IMG/VR virus record: IMGVR_UViG_646862327_000001
Reading direction: 5' to 3' (one strand)
DNA length: 47,020 nt
Source: a virus
Lineage: Duplodnaviria; Heunggongvirae; Uroviricota; Caudoviricetes
In this document: piece after piece, positions 38,649-47,020 of the stretch
Position numbering within the stretch: position 1 is the first letter of the stretch
How the letters are laid out: the number at the start of each line of letters is the position of its first letter
Translations under genes and position numbers: made by a program
Notes under the pieces: generated by a model
The model's input: the letters and a program-made list of their open reading frames with translations, nothing else
Told to the model about the DNA's origin: nothing
Database searches by the model: none

Positions 38649-38738
38649 AGGTAATTTAAAAACGGTTCTGTGAAAGTGACACGAACCGATCTCCATCGAT
38701 GTTACTCACCGATCTCCTTCACGGTAATACGCAGTGTG

Positions 38739-41700
38739 CAGGCACTGGTGGAAACCACTTCAAAGGGGGACCGTAATCCGTCGGAAGTCCGCCTGCTGGT
38801 TCAGATACAGCGTAACGGTGGCTGGGTGACGGAAAAAGACATAACCATTAAGGGCAAAACCACCTCGCAGTATCTGGCCTCGGTGGTGGTGGATAACCTG
38901 CCTCCGCGCCCGTTCAATATCCGGATGCGCAGGATGACACCGGACAGCACCACAGACCAGCTGCAGAACAAAACGCTCTGGTCGTCATACACCGAAATCA
39001 TCGATGTGAAACAGTGCTACCCGAACACGGCACTGGTCGGCGTGCAGGTGGACTCGGAACAGTTCGGCAGCCAGCAGGTGAGCCGTAATTATCATCTTCG
39101 CGGGCGCATTCTGCAGGTGCCGTCGAACTATAACCCGCAGACGCGGCAATACATCGGTATCTGGGACGGGACGTTTAAACCGGCATACAGCAACAACATG
39201 GCCTGGTGTCTGTGGGATATGCTGACCCACCCGCGCTACGGCATGGGTAAACGTCTTGGTGCGGCAGATGTGGATAAATGGGCGCTGTATGTCATCGGCC
39301 AGAATTGCGACCAGTCGGTGCCGGACGGTTTTGGCGGCACGGAGCCGCGCATCACCTGTAACGCTTACCTGACCACACAGCGCAAGGCGTGGGATGTGCT
39401 CAGTGATTTCTGCTCGGCGATGCGCTGTATGCCGGTATGGAACGGGCAGACGCTGACGTTCGTGCAGGACCGGCCATCGGATAAGGTGTGGACCTATAAC
39501 CGCAGTAATGTGGTGATGCCGGAAGATGGCGCGCCGTTCCGCTACAGCTTCAGCGCCCTGAAGGACCGTCATAATGCCGTTGAGGTGAACTGGATTGACC
39601 CGGATAACGGCTGGGAGACGGCGACAGAGCTTGTGGAGGACACGCGGGCCATTGCCCGTTACGGTCGTAATGTCACGAAGATGGACGCCTTTGGCTGTAC
39701 CAGCCGGGGGCAGGCACACCGAGCCGGGCTGTGGCTGATTAAAACGGAGCTGCTGGAAACGCAGACCGTGGACTTTAGCGTGGGTGCTGAAGGGCTTCGC
39801 CATGTACCGGGCGATGTCATTGAAATCTGCGATGATGACTATGCCGGTATCAGCACCGGCGGGCGCGTGCTGGCGGTGAACAGCCAGACCCGGACGCTGA
39901 CGCTCGACCGTGAAATCACGCTGCCATCCTCCGGCACCACGCTGATAAGCCTGGTTGACGGGCAGGGTAATCCGGTGAGCGTGGAGGTTCAGTCCGTCAC
40001 CGACGGCGTGAAGGTGAAAGTGAGCCGGGTTCCTGACGGCGTTGCCGAATACAGCGTGTGGGGGCTGAAGCTGCCGACGCTGCGCCAGCGCCTGTTCCGC
40101 TGTGTGAGTATCCGTGAGAATGACGACGGTACGTATGCCATCACCGCCGTGCAGCATGTACCGGCAAAAGAGGCCATCGTGGATAACGGGGCGCACTTTG
40201 ACGGCGACCAGAGCGGAACGGTAAACGGTGTCACGCCGCCAGCAGTACAGCACCTGACCGCAGAAGTCACCGCAGACAGCGGGGAATACCAGGTGCTGGC
40301 GCGCTGGGATACGCCGAAGGTGGTGAAGGGGGTGAGCTTTATGCTTCGCCTGACCGTGGCAGCGGATGACGGCAGTGAGCGGCTGGTCAGCACGGCCCGG
40401 ACGACGGAAACCACATACCGCTTCACGCAACTGGCGCTGGGAAACTACAGGCTGACAGTCCGGGCGGCAAATGCCTGGGGGCAGCAGGGCGATCCGGCAT
40501 CGGTATCGTTCCGTATTGCCGCACCGGCAGCGCCGTCGCGGATTGAGCTGACGCCGGGCTATTTTCAGATCACCGCCACGCCGCATCTTGCCGTTTATGA
40601 TCCGACGGTACAGTTTGAGTTCTGGTTCTCGGAAAAGCGGGTTGCGGATATCAGGCAGGTTGAAACTACAGCCCGCTATCTTGGCACGGCGCTGTACTGG
40701 ATAGCTGCCAGTATCAATATCAAGCCGGGCCATGATTATTATTTTTATATCCGCAGTGTGAATACTGTTGGCAAATCGGCATTCGTGGAGGCTGTCGGTC
40801 GGGCGAGCGATGATGCGGAAGGTTACCTGGATTTTTTCAAAGGCCAGATAACCGAATCCCATCTCGGCAAGGAGCTGCTGGAAAAAGTCGAGCTGACGGA
40901 GGATAACGCCAGCAAACTGGAGGAGTTCTCGAAAGAGTGGAAAGACGCCAACGATAAATGGAATGCCATGTGGGGTGTCAAAATTGAGCAGACCGAAGAC
41001 GGCAAACATTATGTCGCGGGGCTTGGCCTCAGCATGGAGGATACAGAGGAAGGCAAACTGAGCCAGTTCCTGGTTGCCGCTAACCGTATCGCGTTTATTG
41101 ACCCGGCAAACGGGAATGAAACGCCGATGTTTGTGGCGCAGGGCAACCAGATATTCATGAACGAAGTGTTCCTGAAGTATCTGACGGCTCCCACCATTAC
41201 CAGCGGCGGCAATCCGCCGGTATTTTCCCTGACACCGGACGGGCGGCTGACGGCGAAAAATGCCGATATCAGCGGTAACGTGAATGCGAACTCCGGGACG
41301 CTCAATAATGTCACGATTAACCAGAACTGTCGGATTATGGGAAAACTGTCTGCCAACCAGATTGAAGGTGATATTGTCAAAACGGTGGGAAAAGCCTTTC
41401 CGAGAAATGGCAGTTATGCCAGCGGTACAATAACGGTCACTGTGTACGATGACCAGGCTTTTGACCGTCAGATAGTAATCCCACCCGTTCTGTTTCGCGG
41501 TGGTAAGCATGAAAACTTCAACAGCAACAACCAACAGTCATACTGGTATTCAACCTGTAAGCTGCAGGTACTGAAGAACGGACAGGAAATCTTTCAGCAA
41601 CCCGCGACGGATGTCAGCAGGGTATTTTCATCAGTCATTGATATGCCTGCCGGACACGGCCATGTCACCCTGACTTTCAATGTTTCTTCATATGGTGCTA

Positions 41701-41783
41701 ATAACTGGACGCCAACGACCAGTATCAGCGACCTTCTTGTTGTTGTGATGAAGAAATCTACAGCCGGTATCAGTATCAGTTGA
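38739..41783 (+). pseudogene. J: Tail tip/host-specificity protein J, 3' fragment (central fibronectin-like region + C-terminal receptor-binding region)
   Basis: Resumes exactly at ...[29 protein letters not shown]... collinear with lambda J; the ORF-track N-terminal extension (38670-38738) is IS-derived sequence. Confidence 0.9.
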
Positions 41784-41802
41784 ATTTTATAACCCAGATA
41801 CG

Positions 41803-41830
41803 GGTGCCAGAAATGGCGCCTTTTTTATTT
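41803..41830 (+). terminator. Rho-independent terminator after J
   Basis: GGTGCC-agaaat-GGCGCC followed by TTTTTTATTT. Confidence 0.55.
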
Positions 41831-41841
41831 GTGGAGTGAAT

Positions 41842-43770
41842 ATGGCAGTACAGATTTCAGGCGTGCTGAAAGACGGTGCAGGAAAACCGATACAGAACTG
41901 CACCATTCAGCTCAAAGCAAAACGTAACAGCACCACGGTTGTGGTGAACACGGTGGCCTCAGAAAATCCGGATGAAGCCGGACGTTACAGCATGGATGTC
42001 GAGTATGGCCAGTACAGCGTTATCCTGCTGGTTGAAGGTTTTCCGCCTTCACATGCCGGGACCATCACCGTGTATGAGGATTCTAAGCCGGGGACGCTGA
42101 ATGATTTTCTGGGGGCCATGACGGAAGAGGATGTCATGCCGGAGGCATTGCGTCGTTTTGAGGTAATGGTGGAGGATGTGGCACGCAACGCTGAAGCCGC
42201 CTCTCAGAGCGCAGCGGCAGCAAAGAAATCAGAAACAGCAGCGGCATCGTCCAGGAACGCGGCGAAAACATCAGAGACGAATGCAGGTAACAGCGCGAAA
42301 GCGGCAGCTTCTTCAAAAACAGCCGCACAAAACGCAGCAACAGCGGCAGAACGTTCAGAGACAAATGCCCGTGCGTCAGAAGAAGCCTCCGCAGACAGTG
42401 AAGAGGCTTCCCGCCGTAATGCAGAGTCAGCCGCTGAAAATGCCGGAGTCGCCACCACAAAAGCGCGGGAGGCTGCAGCAGACGCAACAAAGGCCGGGCA
42501 GAAAAAGGATGAGGCTCTGTCGGCAGCGACACGAGCTGAAAAGGCGGCAGACCGCGCAGAAGCCGCAGCGGAAGTGACTGCAGAGCCCTATGCGAATATA
42601 GTGCCGCCGCTGCCTGATGTGTGGATACCGTTTAACGATTCACTGGATATGATTGCGGGTTTTTCTCCGGGCTATAAAAAAATAGCTATTGGTGACGATG
42701 TGGTTCAGGTCGCCAGTGATAAACAGGTTAATTTCAGTCGCGCATCAACGGCAACATATATCAACAAATCTGGCGAACTGAAAACGGCGGAAATTAATGA
42801 GCCGCGATTTGAGTGTGATGGCCTGCTTATTGAGGGACAAAGAACGAACTACATGCTCAATTCGGAAAGTCCAGCCAGCTGGGGGAAGTCATCAAACATG
42901 GATGTGCCCGAAACTGGGACGGATAGTTTTGGTTTTACTTATGGAAAGTTTGTCTGCAACGATTCTCTGGTTGGGCAAACTTCGGCTATTAATATGGCAT
43001 CAATTGCTGCAACAAAGTCAGTTGATGTCTCAGGCGATAACAAGTACGTGACAACCTCATGCCGTTTTAAAACAGAACGACAGGTAAGGTTACGTATACG
43101 GTTTGATAAGTATGATGGTAGTGCAACAACTTTTCTTGGCGATGCGTACATTGATACGCAAACGCTTGAAATTAATATGACAGGTGGTGCTGCCGGCAGA
43201 ATTACGGCACGAGTCAGGAAGGATAAGACCACGGGCTGGATTTTTGCAGAGGCAACGATTCAGGCAATTGATGGTGAGTTAAAAATAGGCTCTCAGATAC
43301 AGTATTCTCCTGAGCAGGGTGGGGCAACAGTATCTGGTGACTATATTTATCTTGCCACCCCACAAGTAGAGAATGGGCCGTGTGTATCATCATTTATTAT
43401 TTCAGGAGGCAGCGCAACGACAAGAGCCAGTGATTTGGTTAGTATCCCCACCAGAAATAATCTTTATAAGTTACCATTTACTTTTTTACTTGAGATTCAT
43501 AAAAACTGGGATATTGCACCAAACGCCGCACCCCGCGTGTGGGATATAGCAGCCAATACCGGGCAATCAGCAATTGCAGCAATCAACAGAGGTAGTGGTA
43601 AGTTATATATGAGTCTGTCAAACCCTTCAGGCTCGTATGTTAATAGCGCAGCGACAGATGTATTTGCAGAGAAAACCACATTTGGATGTATTGCAAAAGC
43701 TGATGGTCACTTTCATGTGGTGACAAATGGTAAAGCGGTTAATGAAGTTTATTGTGAATATAATGGGTAA
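41842..43770 (+). pseudogene. stf: Side tail fibre protein Stf, 3'-truncated by IS66-family insertion
   Basis: ATG 41842 after GGAG; N-terminus MAVQISGVLKDGAGKPIQNCTIQLKAKRNSTTVVVNTVASENPDEAGRYSMDVEYGQYSVIL... as lambda Stf; stop codon TAA (43768-43770) is created at the IS left end; original last 44 codons lie at 46307-46439. Confidence 0.8.
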
Positions 43771-43851
43771 GCGTAAACTGACCGCCGTATGTAGCCATCA
43801 GACGAGAATTGGTAACTTAGACGCCCATCTGATATAGACGGACATCTAAGT

Positions 43852-44277
43852 ATGGAATTACAGGACTGGCGAAAAGAACCTCGTAAAAACTATTCGAATG
43901 AATTCAAACTTCGTATGGTGGAACTGGCATCACAACCTGGAGCTTGTGTTGCACAGATTGCACGTGAAAATGGCGTCAATGATAATGTTATTTTCAAATG
44001 GCTCAGGCTCTGGCAGAACGAAGGGCGTGTTTCGCGGCGTCTTCCGGTAACGACCTCTTCTGACACTGGCGTTGAATTATTACCTGTAGAAATAACGCCG
44101 GATGAGCAGAAAGAACCTGTGGCGGCCATTGCGCCGTCTTTATCCACTTCCACTCAGACCAGAGTCAGTGCCAGTTCCTGCAAGGTGGAATTCCGTCACG
44201 GTAACATGACGCTGGAAAATCCATCGCCAGAGCTGCTCACAGTGTTGATCCGTGAACTGACCGGGAGGGGAAGATGA
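43852..44277 (+). CDS. IS66-family accessory protein (orf1/TnpA)
   Basis: 141 aa with N-terminal HTH (ACVAQIARENGVNDNVIFKWL); first ORF of the IS66 triad. Confidence 0.8.
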   Translation: MELQDWRKEPRKNYSNEFKLRMVELASQPGACVAQIARENGVNDNVIFKWLRLWQNEGRVSRRLPVTTSSDTGVELLPVEITPDEQKEPVAAIAPSLSTSTQTRVSASSCKVEFRHGNMTLENPSPELLTVLIRELTGRGR

Positions 44278-44624
44278 TCTCACTCCCATCAGGTACCCGT
44301 ATCTGGCTCGTTGCCGGCGTTACCGATATGCGTAAATCCTTCAACGGACTGGGAGAACAGGTACAACATGTGCTGAATGATAATCCCTTCTCCGGTCACC
44401 TGTTTATCTTCCGTGGCCGACGGGGTGACACCGTCAAAATTCTTTGGGCTGATGCTGATGGTCTGTGCCTGTTCACCAAACGCCTGGAGGAAGGCCAGTT
44501 TATCTGGCCTGCGGTACGTGACGGCAAGGTATCCATTACCCGCTCGCAACTGGCAATGCTCCTCGATAAGCTGGACTGGCGTCAGCCAAAAACATCCAGC
44601 CGTAACTCACTGACAATGTTGTAA
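44274..44624 (+). CDS. IS66-family accessory protein (orf2/TnpB)
   Basis: 116 aa, 4-bp overlap with orf1; conserved IS66 orf2 pattern (...RKSFNGLGEQVQHVL...GHLFIFRGRRGDTVKILW...). Confidence 0.8.
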   Translation: MISLPSGTRIWLVAGVTDMRKSFNGLGEQVQHVLNDNPFSGHLFIFRGRRGDTVKILWADADGLCLFTKRLEEGQFIWPAVRDGKVSITRSQLAMLLDKLDWRQPKTSSRNSLTML

Positions 44625-44654
44625 AAAACTCCTGACCGCATTATAAAAACGGTC

Positions 44655-46268
44655 ATGAGTCAGAAATACCTCATTCGCATCGCAGAGCTGGAAAGGTTGC
44701 TCTCTGAGCAGGCTGAAGCCCTCCGTCAGAAAGACCAGCAACTGAGTCTGGTTGAAGAGACGGAAGCCTTCCTGCGCTCTGCACTGACACGTGCCGAAGA
44801 AAAGATCGAAGAAGATGAACGGGAAATAGAACATCTGCGGGCTCAGATAGAAAAACTGCGCCGGATGCTGTTCGGTACCCGTTCTGAAAAACTGCGTCGT
44901 GAAGTTGAACTGGCTGAGGCTCTGCTGAAACAACGTGAACAGGACAGCGATCGTTACAGTGGGCGGGAAGACGATCCTCAGGTTCCCCGCCAGTTGCGAC
45001 AGTCGCGCCATCGTCGTCCGTTACCGGCACACCTTCCCCGTGAAATACACCGCCTGGAGCCAGAAGAAAGCTGTTGCCCGGAGTGTGGCGGTGAGCTGGA
45101 TTATCTGGGGGAAGTCAGCGCTGAACAGCTGGAACTGGTGAGCAGTGCCCTGAAAGTGATCCGCACAGAACGGGTAAAAAAAGCCTGTACAAAATGTGAC
45201 TGTATTGTTGAAGCACCGGCGCCGTCCCGCCCGATAGAGCGTGGTATCGCGGGCCCCGGATTACTTGCCCGCGTGTTAACGGGAAAATACTGCGAACATC
45301 TGCCACTGTATCGTCAGAGTGAAATCTTTGCCCGCCAGGGTGTCGAACTGAGCCGGGCCTTACTCTCCAACTGGGTTGACGCGTGCTGCCAGTTAATGAC
45401 ACCGGTGAATGATGCCCTGTACCGTTATGTAATGAATACCCGCAAGGTTCACACTGATGACACACCGGTAAAGGTACTGGCACCGGGTCAGAAAAAGGCG
45501 AAAACAGGGCGTATCTGGACGTATGTCCGGGATGATCGCAATGTGGGTTCGTCATCTCCTCCAGCGGTCTGGTTCGCGTACTCGCCGAACCGGCAGGGGA
45601 AACACCCGGAGCAACACCTCCGCCCCTTCCGGGGTATCCTGCAGGCGGATGCGTTCACAGGTTACGACAGGTTGTTCAGTGCAGAACGTGAAGGTGGTGC
45701 ACTGACAGAAGTTGCGTGCTGGGCCCATGCCCGGCGAAAAATCCACGATGTATACATCAGCAGCAAAAGTGCGACGGCAGAAGAAGCCCTGAAGCGAATC
45801 AGTGAACTGTACGCCATCGAGGATGAAATACGGGGATTACCGGAGTCAGAGCGTCTTGCCGTCAGGCAGCAGCGAAGCAAAGTGTTACTGACGTCGCTGC
45901 ATGAATGGATGGTGGAGAAGAATGGTACGCTGTCGAAAAAATCCAGACTGGGCGAAGCGTTCAGCTATGTACTGAATCAGTGGGATGCCCTCTGTTATTA
46001 CAGTGATGACGGTCTGGCGGAGGCGGATAATAATGCTGCGGAAAGAGCGCTTCGTGCAGTCTGTCTCGGAAAGAAAAACTTTATGTTCTTTGGCAGCGAT
46101 CACGGCGGCGAGCGTGGAGCACTGTTGTACGGGCTGATCGGCACCTGCCGTCTGAACGGTATCGATCCGGAAGCGTATCTGCGCCATATCCTGAGCGTAC
46201 TGCCGGAATGGCCTTCCAACCGAGTTGACGAACTCCTGCCATGGAACGTAGTACTCACCAATAAATAA
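44655..46268 (+). CDS. IS66-family transposase (orf3/TnpC, 537 aa)
   Basis: N-terminal coiled-coil/leucine-zipper, CxxC zinc-finger (CCPECGGE...CTKCDC), DDE-type core. Confidence 0.85.
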   Translation: MSQKYLIRIAELERLLSEQAEALRQKDQQLSLVEETEAFLRSALTRAEEKIEEDEREIEHLRAQIEKLRRMLFGTRSEKLRREVELAEALLKQREQDSDRYSGREDDPQVPRQLRQSRHRRPLPAHLPREIHRLEPEESCCPECGGELDYLGEVSAEQLELVSSALKVIRTERVKKACTKCDCIVEAPAPSRPIERGIAGPGLLARVLTGKYCEHLPLYRQSEIFARQGVELSRALLSNWVDACCQLMTPVNDALYRYVMNTRKVHTDDTPVKVLAPGQKKAKTGRIWTYVRDDRNVGSSSPPAVWFAYSPNRQGKHPEQHLRPFRGILQADAFTGYDRLFSAEREGGALTEVACWAHARRKIHDVYISSKSATAEEALKRISELYAIEDEIRGLPESERLAVRQQRSKVLLTSLHEWMVEKNGTLSKKSRLGEAFSYVLNQWDALCYYSDDGLAEADNNAAERALRAVCLGKKNFMFFGSDHGGERGALLYGLIGTCRLNGIDPEAYLRHILSVLPEWPSNRVDELLPWNVVLTNK

Positions 46269-46306
46269 GCGTCAATACGGTGCTCCGTTGACGCTTACTA
46301 TAATGG

Positions 46307-46439
46307 CGTGACCGCTGATAAAAATATCCGATTTGGAGGGCAGACGAATACTGGAGAACGACATCTGTTTGGCCATATTCGCAATTTCCGCATATGGCAT
46401 AAAGAATTAAATGACAGGCAATTAAAAGAGGTCGTATGA
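46307..46439 (+). other. stf: Displaced 3' end of stf (last 44 codons, LamG-like C-terminal motif)
   Basis: Joining 43766 to 46307 restores the frame: ...EYNG|VTADKNIRFGGQTNTGERHLFGHIRNFRIWHKELNDRQLKEVV*, ending at TGA 46437-46439, which overlaps the next ATG. Confidence 0.7.
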
Positions 46440-46714
46440 AAGATTTAACTTTGAAGTTTCATGACAAACTGCAGTTTAAGGCCTTCCTGTCATCTCTTGG
46501 CTGGGCGGAAGATGAAGACCTCCAGAATAAACTGTTAGTTGATGAAATTGGTTTCACCTACACAGAAACAGGGGTAACAGAAGAGGGAGAACCTGTCTGT
46601 ATCCGGAATGATGGTTATTTTGTCAACATTCGCATTCTTGATGACTTGTTTGATGTTTCTGTATTCTCTGATTATGTCGTGGAGCTGGAAACACCGCTTC
46701 GGGAATGGAGCTGA
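46436..46714 (+). CDS. Hypothetical acidic protein (92 aa) translationally coupled to the original stf 3' end
   Basis: ATG overlaps the reconstructed stf stop (ATGA); position expected for a tail-fibre assembly/chaperone gene but shorter than lambda Tfa and not recognised. Confidence 0.5.
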   Translation: MKDLTLKFHDKLQFKAFLSSLGWAEDEDLQNKLLVDEIGFTYTETGVTEEGEPVCIRNDGYFVNIRILDDLFDVSVFSDYVVELETPLREWS

Positions 46715-46726
46715 AAGGAGGAAATA

Positions 46727-47020
46727 ATGGATATAAGCCCCTTACTTCATGCACTTTGTGCTGTGGCTGCGCAGATACTGGTTGGTCTTTTTACCGGAAA
46801 CTGGGCTTACGGAGCGATAGCCGGTTGTACGTTCTTCATTGCGCGTGAACATACCCAGGCAGAATATCGCTGGATTGAAATGTTCGGGCATGGCAAGCGA
46901 ATGAATATGCCGTGGTGGGGCGGTTTTGATCCGCGTGCTTGGGATGTGGCAAGCCTGATGGATTTTGCTGTGCCGGTGGTGGCGTGTCTGCTGGTCTGGC
47001 TGTTGGTTAATCGTGGGTGA
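46727..47020 (+). CDS. Hypothetical membrane protein (at least 97 aa; runs to window end without a stop)
   Basis: RBS AGGAGG upstream of ATG 46727; two hydrophobic segments (LLHALCAVAAQILVGLF..., DFAVPVVACLLVWLLV). Confidence 0.4.
   Translation: MDISPLLHALCAVAAQILVGLFTGNWAYGAIAGCTFFIAREHTQAEYRWIEMFGHGKRMNMPWWGGFDPRAWDVASLMDFAVPVVACLLVWLLVNRG

Larger units (their letters stand above)
36153..38733 (+). mobile_element. IS21-family insertion sequence (2581 bp) inside J
   Basis: Imperfect terminal inverted repeats (TGCGTATTTTCATGAAAGGAGATCAC / ...GTGAAGGAGATCGGTGAGTAACATCGATGGAGATCGG...AATACGCA), multiple GAGATC-containing subterminal repeats, istA+istB pair, 5-bp target-site duplication GTGTG (36148-36152 and 38734-38738). 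Confidence 0.8.
43767..46298 (+). mobile_element. IS66-family insertion sequence (2532 bp)
   Basis: Terminal inverted repeats GTAAGCG...CGCTTAC, three-ORF IS66 organisation, 8-bp target-site duplication TATAATGG (43759-43766 and 46299-46306). Confidence 0.8.

Noticed and set aside
38985-41534. 849-aa minus-strand ORF antisense to J
   Set aside because: Lies entirely within the well-supported J coding region on the opposite strand; long antisense ORFs are expected in GC-rich, codon-biased phage structural genes; no RBS or recognisable protein features.

Overview
The window is a near-complete lambdoid prophage (lambda/DLP12-type mosaic, presumably in an Escherichia/Shigella chromosome) in canonical integrated order. 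Left arm: int-xis, five small early-left ORFs, Red recombination genes exo-bet-gam, a pL-proximal ORF, OL/pL, an AT-rich two-gene cargo operon in the rexAB slot, heteroimmune cI/OR/cro, a cII-position regulator, O (with ori iterons)-P-ren. The nin-like region carries cargo (emrE, a large serine recombinase, a lipoprotein esterase) plus ybcN-ninE-ybcO-rusA-ylcG-Q. An intact porin (nmpC-like) sits antisense between Q and the lysis cassette (pinholin, SAR endolysin, Rz/Rz1), followed by cos and a lambda-like head/tail block Nu1-A-W-B-C-D-E-FI-FII-Z-U-V-G/T-H-M-L-K-I-J-stf. J is split by an IS21-family element and stf is 3'-truncated by an IS66-family element, each with identifiable target-site duplications, so the prophage is probably tail-fibre defective. 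No rRNA, tRNA or CRISPR array was seen. The best candidate for an undescribed system is the operon at 5270-6686: a GNAT-like/PUA-like fusion protein plus an ASCH-domain protein, co-oriented with cI where lambda carries rexAB. All protein identifications are from reading the translations and from memory of phage lambda and E. coli K-12 prophage proteins; nothing was database-verified. The ORF track uses ATG/GTG/TTG starts, so several starts were re-chosen by hand from RBS context.
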